In this document: positions 16,954 through 30,994 of the stretch, piece by piece
Layout: every line of letters starts with the position of its first letter
Position numbering within the stretch: the stretch's first letter is position 1
From: the human T2T-CHM13v2.0 reference genome, Homo sapiens
Length of the DNA stretch: 64,000 nt
Strand: one strand, 5' to 3'
NCBI RefSeq assembly: GCF_009914755.1
Contig: NC_060936.1
Program-made: the position numbers and the translations under genes
Notes under the pieces: model-generated
The model's database searches: none
The model's input: only the letters and a program-made list of their open reading frames with translations
Told to the model about the DNA's origin: nothing

Positions 16954-17352
16954 CCCACTTACTGACTCTGCATTCCCTTCATTCTTCTACTCCTAAAATG
17001 CCCTGATGCTAAGGTATTATGAAGTTGAAGGTGGCATTCCCCAGGTTTTCATCCCCCTTGTTTGCTCTTGCCTGGTCTTCAGGGAGAGTAAACTGTGAGA
17101 TAAAACTTGGGTGGAGGGTTATGCAAGTTCACTCTAAGTATCATATTAATAATCCACAAAAAACCCTATCTCACAAATCGTGGAGTTTTTCCAGGGTGTT
17201 TAGTTCATTCCTACGAAAATGCAACATTATCCATGGACCTGCAGTCTTAGAACTATTTTCATCAAAGCAAGTCAACATCTGATATTTAGGGATGCTGGTT
17301 TGTGACTTGTATTCTCATTCATAGGAAAATCCTATCAGTAATATGTGGAATA

Positions 17353-17881
17353 CGTATTAGTAAGGGTTCTCCAGAGTGATAGAACTAAGAGGGTAGGTAT
17401 AGATATCCCTATCTTTATCTCTATCTCTATCTCTATCTCTATCTCTATCTCTATCTCTGTCTCTATCTATCTATCTATCTATCCATCTATTTACCTGTCT
17501 ATCTCTATCTCTCTATCTCTATCTGTAGAGAGAGATATGTATAGACATACATATAGGCATATATATAGATGCAGATACAGATAAAGATATAGGTATAGAT
17601 ACAGATACAAGAGAGGGGATTTGTTGGGTGAATTAGCTCACATGATTATGGAGGCTTAGAAGTTACACAAGTCAATGGCAAACCGGAGACTCTGGGATGC
17701 TGGAAGTGTGGCTCCTTTTAAATCCAAATACTTCAAAACCAGAGAAGCCAATGGTTGAATTCTCAATCTGAAGCTGAAGGCCTGAGAATCCAGAGGCCTG
17801 AACTCTAAAGGATGAAAAGCCTGGAGTTCTAATGTCCAAGGGCAGTAGAAGGAGAGTGCCCCAGCTCCAGGGGGAGGGAGG

Positions 17882-17945
<64 letters not shown>

Positions 17946-18154
17946 CACCTGTTCTCTCCTTTTTTTTATTCTATCTGGGCCCAGACCAACAGGATAGTGC
18001 CCACAAGCATTGAGGGCAGATCTCCACGCGGTACAGGGACACACATGCCAATCTCCTATGGAAACACCATCACAAGCATTCCAGAAGTAAGCTTGTCCAG
18101 CTCTCTAGGTATTCCTTAATCCAAGCAAGCTGACACCTAAAATTAACCATCATA
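17353..18154 (-). mobile_element. MLT2B (ERVL) solo LTR with expanded (ATCT/ATCTCT)n and (GA)n
   Basis: gtattagtaagggttctccagag...gctcacatgattatggaggct...tgacacctaaaattaaccatcata; simple repeats at about 17410-17525 and 17884-17940. Confidence 0.85.
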
Positions 18155-18399
18155 GATGTGAATAACAGAATGATAGTCTCCCTCTTTCTGGCACTTATTT
18201 AAGCACATTTGTCATCCAGGTAGTTAGGCACTTGTGACTTACCATTCCCCTTCGCCCTCTTCTCTACCTCAGTCTCAAACTGCCCACCTACCTCACCCTC
18301 ACTCTCCCATTGCCAGTGGAGATAAGCAGAATAAGCACACTTCTTGAAAGTAAAGACCAGTAACCCTAACACAGCTCTTTACAAAGTATAGGATTTTCT

Positions 18400-18490
18400 G
18401 TTGGAATGTAAGTTTCATGAGAACTGACCTTGGCTGTTTTATATACTGCCCAGCACAAGATCTGGCACTCAATAAATATTGATGGAATAA
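18400..18490 (+). mobile_element. L2 3'-end fragment
   Basis: ggaatgtaagtttcatgagaac...ggcactcaataaatattgatggaataaa. Confidence 0.55.
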
Positions 18491-19859
18491 ATTACAGATC
18501 TAAATAAATATTGAATTGAATATTATTGTTGTGCTAATTCTAAGAGTAAAACAATGAATTCATTTTGGTCCTGGAAAGGAGGAAAAAAATTCTCATCACA
18601 ATTTCAGCTACAAAATCTGCTTTCTAAATATTGGTGTATTTCAGCTTTTTATTCGGCAGAATTTTAAAATTTTATTTTTTAATATACTTTATTTAGTTTT
18701 CTACAAATGTAAGATCTCACAGTCTTAAGAAAATTCAAAATATGTAAGAATTATGATTTTTAAAATAGCAATCTACTCCTTGTCCTTTCTTTTTTGTTTT
18801 TTTTTTTGCCTAGTATATTGTTACTTCAAACAGTAAAATGTGAAATGTTCTGTTTGGTTGCAAAATGCAAATCAAATCGATTAATATTCATCTCATAACT
18901 TCCATTTTCTAGGAAGCATCTTGGCAATTAATTTATTTTCTCTTTTTGGGGGGAGGCAGCATTAATGAAATCATCCCAACTTTTGTAAAAAGCAAAAATG
19001 CTAGGTGATAAAGGTGGACAACTATATGATGAGTTAGTCACAAATTTTTTATGTAAATTTTACATAGAGGGACAAACTTGTGATTTGTAGTTTAATACAA
19101 CAAAAGAAAAGTTTATAATAAAACTTACAACACCATAACAAAAGTATCTAACACATCTTTAAGAGTTAAAGTTAAACTTAACTACCAGAACAGAGAAAAA
19201 CCCTGGCTTTAAAACATTTCTCCATATATCTGCATTGATCATATATCCTATGATTTATTTTCACTGTTGGGCTTGCTAAAAGTAATTCATCCTAAGATTT
19301 TATCAACTATAGCATGTCTATTTTTGCCATCATGGAAACTGCATAAAAATTAGAATCTTGATTAATTTCTTTCAGCAACCAAAAAATAGTGGTCAAATCT
19401 CAGGTCTATTTAGAATAGTAGATAATTTAATAGGGCTGATACATGTCATGCCTGAATGGATTTTTTTTTTTAACAATCACTTTTCAAAATACTTCACACA
19501 TTGGAAATGTCATTTTTGGATTTGAGAACAAAGACAGTTCATTTATTAAGAAAATAACAACCAGCCTATAAATCACATAAGCTATAATTTTAAAAGCCAC
19601 CCACTCTCCCCACAATGATTTTGTTCTTTGTTTTTAATTCTATGGTTTTCCTACAGGTCAACCAATTACTGAGCAGTTCAGCTAGAGAATCAGTAAAATG
19701 GCTTCTGAGCATCATTTAATGAAAATGCCCTTTGATCTAAAAAAGAATTCAAATGCAATCACACAGAGGGAACAAACCAATTTATTAGATGATTTTTAAG
19801 TAAACTTTTGGAATTAAGTTAAAGCCCCAGACTAGGAAAAAAAAAAAAAAAAAACAGGT

Positions 19860-20000
19860 GGCTCTACCAGTTCTACTGCAAAAGTCCTGTGATGTTTGGC
19901 AAAATCATCTCTCAAATTCGTTTTCTCACATCTAAAAAAGGAATAATAATTTCTACCACAGTACCTTCACAGTGATGTTGTCAAAATTAGTTAAGGTCAG
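19860..20000 (+). mobile_element. MIR fragment
   Basis: MIR core-like ttttctcacatctaaaaaaggaataataat...cttcacagtgatgttg. Confidence 0.5.
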
Positions 20001-20852
20001 AAATATATGAGGCTTTTTAAACATCAATGTGTTTTATTCAATTTGTCTCAGACCAGTCAGTGCACATGAATATTGCGTATAAACCGAAAGTTCACTGGTA
20101 TTTTCAACGAAGAGATGTTGTGGAACATTCATAAATCATCCTCTGTTTAATGTAATGTTATGATAGTGACTTTTAATTATACTCAAAGGATACATATCAA
20201 TTATATTTTCTGGAAAAAAGTTACTTCTCTGTAATTTGTTATTTCTTTGTCTTTTTGGTAACTAAACCATGTATCCAAGTACTACAATGGGTCGTAGTAA
20301 GATCGTCTAGCATTCTTTGAGAAAGGTAAAATATCCTCCACTAAAATATAATTAATTTTTATAATTATACTTACACATTTATGTGTCCTTTTAAAGACTA
20401 TTTTAAGAGTAAAATAAATAGTCACTCTCTGAAATTATTTTAAAATTACATGCAGTTATCAATAAAATTTATTTTCGTAGTCAGAAACTTTCTAAAACCT
20501 CTCCAACCTGTCTCTCCTTTTTACTGCATGACATGTGAAGTAGCACAGCTTATGTTAAAGAGAGTTTACTCAAGAATCACAGGTTTACCATGATTTTTTC
20601 TTAATTATGTACTTTGCTTATTCTGAAGGCCTATTTCACTATTGCTACAAGGTTGCCAATATCTATGCTATTCTCAGTGCCTGGTTCAAAATAATACTAA
20701 ACTTTGGAAGAATATAACAATTTGGCTGTCTTTTTTAACATATTTTTTTGTCCAGGCACATTTTTAAAATATGGAAAAGAAAACCATTACGTAATTTATG
20801 TAGCTTCTTTCTTGTCTGCTTCCTCTCTTTTTCTCTATCAACTTGGGTTGTA

Positions 20853-21030
20853 CAGAAATCCTCCCTCATCTGTGGGAGATAAGTTCCAGTACACTCAGGG
20901 GATGCCTGAAACCATGAAGAATATTGAATCCTATATATACTATGTTTTTTCCTATGCATACATACATAGGATAAAGTTTAACTTAGAAATTAGGCACAGT
21001 AAGAGATTAACAAAAATAATTATAAAATAG
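20853..21030. mobile_element. MER44/Tigger7 terminal fragment
   Basis: ggatgcctgaaacc...cctatatatactatgttttttcctat...aaattaggcacagtaagagattaac. Confidence 0.8.
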
Positions 21031-21753
21031 TTTCTTCTATGGGAAGAAAAACTATGGATCAAATGAGGCTAGTCTATAATGTTTCCTTTAATTAAAAATC
21101 CATTTCAATTCCACTTAGCAATATGGGAAGTAACTGGCCAATTTTTGTGAAAAATGACATTTTGATAACAGTAAACTAAATATCTAGAACCAGAAACTTT
21201 TAACTTATTTTTTCTGACAAAATATGTATGTGTAAAAAATGATATTTTTGAAAGCTAGGAAATAATAGCCATACATATACAGTATACTCAATCCAGTTAA
21301 ATATTACATAAAATTTATTGTAATTTTTTGTAATTATAAATGTTGCAATTATGATAACCCCAAGTGCAAGTAAAAATAACTTTCAAAAATATTTTATTTC
21401 TTGTATTTTTTTGCACTTTGTCTTGTACTTTTTATTCTGTTAATAAACTCAGTTTACCCTTTTATGCTAAGATTTCAATTAAGGAAAACCTTTGGATATA
21501 AATATGATGGGATTCAAACATCTCATTCAACACTTAATACATAGAATATTTTTAGTTATACCATGATTTATAATATTCATTAACTTGAAAATAATTTATT
21601 GTCCCATCACTTTGTATTTAATGAAAAAAGTCAGCATTTCTGTCTTGAGTCTTCACATGCTTTTGTCAATTATCAGAATTATACTTTATATTTATATTTG
21701 TATATATACATATGTATTTATATTTACATTTGTATATTTGTATTTGTATTTTT

Positions 21754-24421
21754 GTATTGACTCTTGAAAACATGTTTGAACTGTAGGACCACTTATGCAT
21801 ACATTTTTTAAAAATAAATGTATTGGACAACTTTTTTGAGATTTGTGACGATTTTTTAAAAAATTTGCAGATAAACCATGAAGCCTAGAAATATTGAAAA
21901 CACTAAGAAAAAGTTAGGTATGTAGTGAATGCATAAAATATATGTACATATCAGTCTATTTTATTATTTACTACCATAAAGTATATACAAATCTATTATA
22001 AAAAGTTAAAATTTGTCAAAACTTATGCACAAAAATGCTTAGAAGACCCTACATGGTGCCATTCTCAGTGTAGTAGCAAGAAATATAAATACATGTAAAG
22101 ATGTAGTATTAAATCACAACTGCATAAAATTAACTGTAGTACATAATGCACTATTGTAATAATTTTGTAGCAACTTCTTGTTATTGTGGTGACCTCAAGT
22201 ATTGCTAGTACCTACTTAAAAATGCTATATGGTGCTAATCATCTCCGCATGAGCTGTTTTGTCTCTCAAATAAATTGCATCACAGTAGAAAGTGATCTTT
22301 GGAAGTTCTTACGTGTTTTTTTACTGTGTTTAGTGCAATACAATAAATCCTGAAAAATACCATGGGAAACATAAGAAATGCAACTAGTAACATGGAAGTG
22401 CCCCCAAGAGGTAAAGTAAAGTAAAGTAAGGACCTTACAAAAAAAGTTAAATTGTTTGATATGTGCTTTTGTTTGAGATCTGCAGCTGCAGCTCCCCACC
22501 ATTTCAAGATAAATAAATTCAGAATAAGGACTATTGTTAAAAATGAAAAGAAAACTAGTGAAGTTATTGCTGCAGCTATTCCAGCAGGTGCAAAAAACGT
22601 GCACTTTTTGTTAAATGTCTTTTTATTGTGCATTGAAAATGCAGCTTTTATGTGAGTAAAGGGTTGCTATAAGAAAAGTATACCTATATATGTGATATGA
22701 TTTGAGAAAAAGTGAAATCATTCTATGACAACTTAAAGCTAAAGGAAGGTAATGGATCTAAAACTGGAGAATGTAATGCCAGCTAAGGATGGTTTGATAA
22801 CCTAATAAAGAGGTTTTACTGTAAAAAATATCAAGATAAGAGGAGAAGCAGCTTCTGCTGACCAAGATCTGAGATGCTATTAATGAAATCATTGAGAAGA
22901 AAGGATATCTGCCTGAAAAGGTTTTTAATGCAGACAGAAGTACCCCATTCTAGAAAACTATGCCACAAAGGGCATTTATTAGTAAGAAAGGGAAGGCACC
23001 AGGATTTAAGGCAGGAAGGAAGAGGCTAACTCTACAATTTTGTGAAAATGCTTCAGGTTAATGATCAGGATTGCCCTTATTTGTAAAGCTGCTAAGCACC
23101 CATTATTGAAGGAAAATAATAAACACCAGCTGCCAGCCTATCAGTTGTACAAAAGGAAGACATGGACAAAGAGAATCCTTTTTCTACATTGGTTCTATGG
23201 ATGCTTTTTCTGTGAAGTCCCTTACCTTGCCAATAAGGGACTGACTTTTAAACTTATTTTGTATGGGACAATGCCCATGGCCACACAGAATCCTATGCGT
23301 TCAACACCAGAGGTGTCAAAGTGGTCTATTTGCTCCCAAACACAGTTTCTAATTCAGCCTCTAGATTTGGGAGTCATAAGAACTTTTAAAGGTCATTACA
23401 AATAATACTCTGTAAAACAGATTGTCAATTCTGCGGAAGAGAACCCCAGGAGAGCAAATATGAAACTCTGGAAAGACTGTACCACTGAAGATGTCATCAT
23501 TGTTATAGAAAAAGTAGTGAAACTATCATGCTCAAAACAATAAATTCCTTCTGAAGATAACTGAGTTCAGATGTTGTACATGATTTCACAGGCTTTACAA
23601 CAAGGCTAATCAAGGAAATAATGAAAGAGATTTTGGATATGGCAAAAAAATATGTTGGGGGATGATTTCAAGATATGAATCCTGGAGAAATTCAAGAGTT
23701 AGTAGACATCACAGCAGAGGAATGAACAGAGGATGACTTGATGGACACAAATGCTTAGGATCAGTGACAAATGATAAGGAAGATGTAGAAGAAACAGTGT
23801 CAGAAAGCAAATTACATTAGATAGTCTCACAGAAGAGTTTCAATTATATAAGACTGCTTTTTACTTGTTTTGCAACACAAATCTTTCTATGATATAGGCA
23901 CTGAAGCTAAAATAAATGGTAGAAGTATTGTACTACATAGAAATATTTTTAGAGAAGTAAAAAAGTCAGACAGAAATTATAATGTATTTCAACAAGTTTA
24001 CATTAAGTGTATCTGCCTCTTCTGCTTCCCCATCCACTTACTCTACCTCTTCTACCTCTGCCACCCCTGAGACACCAAGACCCAATCCCTCATGTTCTTC
24101 CTCTTCCTCAGACTACTCAGAATGAAGATGATGAGGATGAAGACCTTTATGATGATTCACTTCCACTTAATGAAAAGTAAATAAATTTTTTCTTCCTTAT
24201 AATTTTCTTACTTTTAATTTTCTGTAGTTTACTGTAATAATACTATATGAAATACATGTAACATATAAAATATGTGTTAACTGACTATGTTATCAGTAAA
24301 GCTTCTAGTCAACAGTAGGCTATTAGAAGTTAAATTTTGGGGGAGACAAAAGTTATATGCAGATTTTTTACTACACTGGGTGAGTGCACCCCTAATTCTT
24401 GTTCTGTTCTATGGTCAGCTG
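21754..24421 (+). mobile_element. Tigger2 DNA transposon, near full length (about 2.67 kb)
   Basis: Termini (g)tattgactcttgaaaaca and tgttctatggtcagctg followed by TA; internal pogo-like transposase remnants. Confidence 0.9.
22390..24180 (+). pseudogene. Disrupted Tigger2 pogo-family transposase (HTH and DDE_1 remnants)
   Basis: ORF fragments 22452-22655 (RSAAAAPHHFKINKFRIRTIVKNEK, HTH-like) and 23061-23405 (LIQPLDLGVIRTFKGHY, pogo catalytic QPLD motif); many stops and frameshifts. Confidence 0.8.
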
Positions 24422-24958
24422 TATAACACAGACTAAAAGAATTGTGTAGCATATTCTTTTATTTGACTATTCTGGTCTATCAGCATAATCAAAATAGGTA
24501 ACTATTGTTAAACACACCTCTGATGCCATAAATATCTTTACTCAAATAAAGGGCATTTTTAACTTCTCAATTTGTGTCATCTTATGAGTATTTCTTGAAT
24601 ATGTCCCAGTGACTGTTGATCTGATCCGGGGTTCTAGCTAAAATAACAGTTAGCTATTTCTGGCATCTTGATAAATATTGCATGTCTCTTTATACTGGCA
24701 ACCAGAAAGCTTCTGGTTCTATTTCTATTGCACTATAGATAACTGTCTCATCCCCTGAGATTTTTCTTATAGGCCCCAACATGATTTTTGTATGCCAAAT
24801 TATTACAAATATACATATAATTTTTTAGAAAACTATCTGGCTCTTTTTGCCAGATTTAACTTAGAAGTAAATGGATACAAATTTTGTAATACAGATTGAA
24901 TGGTTCTAAACTAGCACAGCTTTAAGATGCATGTGCACCCTGATACTACCATCCATAG

Positions 24959-25317
24959 TGATACGGTTTGGCTTTGTGTCCCCACCCAAATCTCATCTCG
25001 AATTGTAACCCCCATGTGTTGAGGGAGGGACCTTATGGGAGGTGATTGGATCATGGGGGTAGTTTCTCCATGCTGTTCTCATGATAGTGAATGAGTTCTC
25101 ATAAGATCTAATGGTTTAAAATCATGGCACTTCCTTTTGCTCTCTCTTTCTCCTGCCATGTGAGGTGTGCCTTGCTTCCCCTTCCCCTTCTGCTATGATT
25201 GTAAGTTTCCTAAGGCCTCCTCAGCTATGCAGAACTGTGAGTCAATTAACCTTCTTTCTTCATAAATTACCCAGTCTCAGGTGGTGCTCTATAGCAGTGT
25301 GAAAATGGACTAACACG
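24959..25317 (+). mobile_element. THE1D/MSTA-like solo LTR
   Basis: tgatacggtttggctttgtgtccccacccaaatctc...gaaaatggactaacacg; 5-bp TSD catag at 24954 and 25318. Confidence 0.9.
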
Positions 25318-25551
25318 CATAGTAAGCACAGTCGCTACTGTGTTGGAGAAATTTCAGGTTTTATAAACACTTCTGACTCTCAAGTTACTTACACTTAAGT
25401 TCTCAGTATGTGTCAATTCCATACTTTTAATTAAAAGTACTGTTATTGCCTACAAATGTGAAAGAATAAAATAACATTTCAGTGAGTCTTATTTAATAAT
25501 TTTCTAATGAGCTTTCATAAATCTAATCCAGACATTAGAAAAACTACATTA

Positions 25552-25854
<303 letters not shown>

Positions 25855-25869
25855 TTACACTAGGCAATG

Positions 25870-26080
25870 GTAACAGTGTATGGACTTTAAAATTATAGAG
25901 ATCTGCATTTTAATCTCAGCTCTACCATCTGTAATCTTGCCATCTTACACATGTTAGATAGTTTTTCTGAGTCTTAGATTTTTCATGTGTGTAATGGAAT
26001 TTGAAAAGCAACTTTTTATGGTGTTTGTATAAATTAAAAAGTACACACACATACACACACATAAATTAGTGTACAATAGT
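25870..26080 (+). mobile_element. MIR fragment
   Basis: atctcagctctaccatct...tttctgagtcttagatttttcatgtgtgtaatgg. Confidence 0.55.
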
Positions 26081-26276
26081 TTTATTAAAACTATCTGCCT
26101 GTCCTCAGAAGTAGCAACACTACTCATGGTAGATATCCTTAATTTATCTGTCCTTCAAACCACCAGAGTCATCTGTTTGTACTACGGCCCCTGATTTGAG
26201 TTTGAGGTAAACATTCTGGATATACTCACTATAGCAGGGCCATCAAGATTCTAGGGCTTGTGACATGAGGAAATAC

Positions 26277-26659
26277 TGTTATGGGCTAAATTGTATTCCC
26301 TCAAAATTCTTATTTTGATGTACTAACTTCCAGTACCTCAGAATGTGACTATTTGGAGATAAGCTATTTAGAGATAGTTAAGGTAAAATGAGGTCATTTG
26401 GGTAAGATCTATTCCAATATTACTGGTGTCTTTATAAGAAGAGGAGATTAAGATACAGACAACGTGATAGAGGGATGAACAGGTGAGGACAGAGAGAAGG
26501 TGGTCATCTGCAAACCAGGAGAGAAGCTTCAGGAAAGTCAAACCTACTGAGATCTTGACCATGGATTTCCATCCTTCAAAACCGTAAGAAAGTAAATTTC
26601 TGTTGTTTAGGCCACTTCGTGTCTGTTATTTTGTTTTGCAGTTCTAGAAAACGAATACA
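26277..26659 (+). mobile_element. MLT1B solo LTR
   Basis: tgttatgggctaaattgt...cagtacctcagaatgtgactatttggagat...ctagaaaacgaataca. Confidence 0.85.
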
Positions 26660-26790
26660 ACTATATATTGAAGCAAAGAGATTTGGTTTATGGCTTATAA
26701 CATCTGAAGGGAGGGTCTATTCTCATTACAAGCTGATGCCTATAACTCAGATAGATACTGCCAGCTTCTCACAGAATTATGGCTAATGTT

Positions 26791-27117
<327 letters not shown>

Positions 27118-28434
27118 TCATTGATTGCACTAAAAAATAAGAGTGAATAAAAACCAAACTTTTTAAAACCACATCTTGTGCAATCAACATCTTTAATACC
27201 AGCAATAGACAAAGCAGAACTCAGAATAGCAGAATACCAGGTAACATCTAGTATATGATTCAATAATGTAAGCCCACAATTAGTGCATTGATGTGAAGCC
27301 ATAAAAATAGGAGACAAAGTAAATGCCAAGTATTTTGTTTGAAAATTTTGAATGAATTTGTTAGTTCTAATAATATAGAGAATACAATTATGTGTAATTA
27401 CAGTTTATATTGATTATGGAACATTTATCTAACTTATTAGACTTGAGTTGGCCAAAGAGCATGTCCATAGAGTTGGTCATGAGGATCACAAAGATATTAA
27501 AATGTGTATGTAGCTGATTTGGCAATAATTTGATTTTGACTTAGCTATTAATCCAGTATATATTTAGAAATAAATGATTCTAGTAACTCTACATGGATGA
27601 ACAGCCTAATGAAATAAAGTAGTCAAATATTGGCATTATTCCTCATTCATGAAAAGTTAAAAAAGGCCTTTTTAACTAACAGTATGTTTGATTGGAAAAA
27701 CACAAGGTCTCTGAAGCCAAGTACACAGCATGAGAGGCTACTGGGCTAAAAAAAAAAAAAAAGAAAAAGAACAAAGAAGCAGGGCTAATCAAGAACAGAT
27801 TAGTGTATTAGCGGAAGTTTTTCATTGGAAATGCTCAAGCTATCTTTCCTCTCCTCTTATGGCCATGTTGGTGATATTTGACTTCTGTTCACCAATGACT
27901 AGTGCCCAAATGTTTTTGCAGTTTGCATTCATGCATTTTGAATTCATTTTTTCATTCAGTTAGTGGTTATTGAGCCCTTGTTATATATCAGTCACTCTCA
28001 GCATTCCAAATGTTAAGGGATTTGAAATAGTACAGAAAAAATTCTGTCATAATAGAGCTAAACTGGCCTTGTTGCTAACACTAAAATATGCCAGTCATTC
28101 CTATTTCAGGCCATTTACTCTCATGAACATCTCTGCCCATACCACTTTGTGCTCACATCTTCCAATCTCATTTCCATTTTTTCAGGTCTCCCTACATATT
28201 ATTCATATGATACTTCAATGAGTATGAGTACTGAGAGCAAACAGCAGATCTCATAGGAGAAAAAGTGAGTTCCATAATGTGGACTAAACTTTTTAGCTTA
28301 GAATATAGTTTGAGCTTTTAGAAGATCTTGTGAAATAGAACTGATCTCAGAGTAACCGTTCCTTTGTCTCCATTTCTGCTATTTTTATGATTTAATTACT
28401 TTCCAACTTTTTTCCACTACTGCAGTTGGTACTG

Positions 28435-28660
28435 AAGGCAATACAGTAACACAGTGCTTAAGAGTATGGACTCTGGAGCCAAACTGCTGGGTTCAACTTG
28501 CTACGTGATCTTGGTCAACTTTCTTTATCTCTCTGTACTTCAGTTTTCCACATCTGTAGGATTTGGAAGGATCTTACAATACTTGTAGGATTGCTGTGAT
28601 AATTGAATGAGATGGCATATGAAATGATCTTTGCATAGTCTCTGGCTACATATGTCTATA
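28435..28660 (+). mobile_element. MIR
   Basis: cagtgcttaagagtatggactctggagccaaactgctgggttcaa...cttcagttttccacatctgta. Confidence 0.8.
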
Positions 28661-30649
28661 CTCCTATTACAATTAATAATTCATTCCTCTCTCTTCTTTT
28701 TTGCTCCTTCCGTGTTTTCCTTTCATTGGCAACCGCTTCTGCTTGACAGATTTTACTTAATACCTTCTTTGTATATTTTTAGCTTTCTGCCTACCCCATA
28801 TCCTGTCCTACTACCAATATGTCTTTATTTATCCATCCCTTTAAAATGATTGATCATTATTTAATCACCATCATCCATGTTTGGGAAATGGTGGGTGAGG
28901 GGCAGACCTTGTTTCTCCAGTTTACTTCTGATCTTTTGTAACTAAGGAGGCTAAGCTATATGGCTTCCCATTATAAATGTTACTGCAGCCCACCAATAGG
29001 CTTCTCTCCAAGGTGTCCACTACTCAGGAGTGACACACATTATCAGAAATCTAAATAAAGGTTGTAAGTACTGATTTTTTGACTCCTATTACTTAGAAAA
29101 GACTATAGCTATGTTGGAGATACCCCTTAAAGAAAGAAATGTCAGAAAACTAAGAAATAAAAGTGAATAAATAGGAAATTAGATTGGAATAAAACAAAAT
29201 GGGAAGCCTGATTTTTCCTCAGAAAAAGTAAGTTATGTTTCCACAGCTGGAGGCTAAAAACAGCTGCATTATCTATAGCCCATTGAATGGCACTCAGTCA
29301 TTAATATTTTACTCATGTACACACTTCATTTTGATGCAATTTTCCTGTGTAACTAGCCAGAATCATTTGCAGGATATTTAACAAAAATGATGAAAATACT
29401 CAGCTGCATCTGTTCATCATTTGGCTAACCACATTTTTACATAAATTTAACATGGGCTTAAGCCATCACCATTATTTTTCTCATCCTTTCTCTTCACTGT
29501 TCAAATCTGAATGCCAAATTTTATTATTATTCAGGTATGCAATCACAGTACCATCCCAGCAATCAAGTCAAAAACAGCAAAGCAAAATTGAAAAAATGTT
29601 TTCTAAAACTGCAGTCACGTACGATACTTCCCTAAGACAACAAGCAGTGGCTGCTGCAATGACAAACAGCTTTAATAATGAAAAGAGACTCAGTTTTACC
29701 TCACAGATGCGGTTTAATTTTCTTCTTCCTTATTAGAATCCTCACTACCTCTCCTCCTCCACTCTGCCCCCAGTTATAAAAATGAGTTGGCAAATACAAC
29801 AGTTCTATTCATTCTCAGTTTAATATACAATTTCTCATATACACAAAAGGGTGAAATGGTTTATAAAAACATTGGCTGGTAATGATGACAGTAGAATCTA
29901 ATTCCCTCAGGTGCTCACTTAATACTTATCTCTCTGCTGGAGAGTGTAATAAGGTCGTCAAGATTATTGAAGGTGACAGGGCACCAGGCTCAGATTAATT
30001 ACATCACAGAATTCAGAAGGAATTAGAAAAAGCAACAATACCACCTCTGGCAAATGCATATATTTTTTATAGTTCTCTAAGGACTTTCAGTGTAATATAA
30101 TACAAATGAGCAAAAAATAGCTAATGCAATTGATTTGTAGGTTTTGTGATACAAATTCTGAAAGATTAATTATTCTGAGAATAAGAAATCACCAGCCGTC
30201 ATAATTTGAAAGAAAAATACTCAGAGTGGAATATCTTAAGTAAGTGATGAATAATTGAAGGGTAAGTAAAAGGTACTAACATGTGTGAATCTTTCTCCTA
30301 CCATATTCCAGAAAATTTATCTTCATTGCATCGTTTAATTCTCACAAACATGCAAAATAGATGTTATCCTTTAAAAGATGGAAACAGGTTGAAATATGTT
30401 AAGGATTTTTCCCAAAATTTAATATCTAGTGAATAGTTATCAGCCTTTAAATTTATCCCCCAAATCCCAAACTCTTTCCTCAAACATAGGGAACACCAGT
30501 GCATTATTCTTGAAAACTGTCCATGTTAGATAGTGAAACACTCACATGGAAATCACGGGGAAAACACATATGATTAAAGAATATGAGAACAAAATTGGAC
30601 AATCAGAGGTTAACTAAATTTAAATCGACAAAGAGAAGGGACATGAGAC

Positions 30650-30994
30650 CAAAGTTACTTGCCTGAAATTCCTTAATGCTTCCTGCTTAGGTGAATAATT
30701 CCAGGAACAACCCTAACCACATACTGATAATGACTATTTGGAGATACACTGTAGCCTTTTGCCAATCATTTATTAGCTTATCACTGTTAACAAATGGTAT
30801 TTGTATGTGAACAGACTGAAACCCCCTTGCTGTGCCTCCTCATTTTGCCTTTAAAAATCTGCTTATAACTGCCCCAACTAACCGCATTTCTAAAGAAGCT
30901 TGGAAGTATTTGTTGGGTTACTGCTCTGAATTTTGGCCCAAATTAACTCTCTACTTATATCAATTTTGCCTCAGTTTCTTTCTTTAGGTTGACA
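30650..30994 (+). mobile_element. Old ERV1-class LTR 3' part (MER34/MER92-like)
   Basis: tttgcctttaaaaatctgctt...ttggcccaaattaactctctacttatat...tttaggttgaca. 5' boundary uncertain. Confidence 0.55.
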
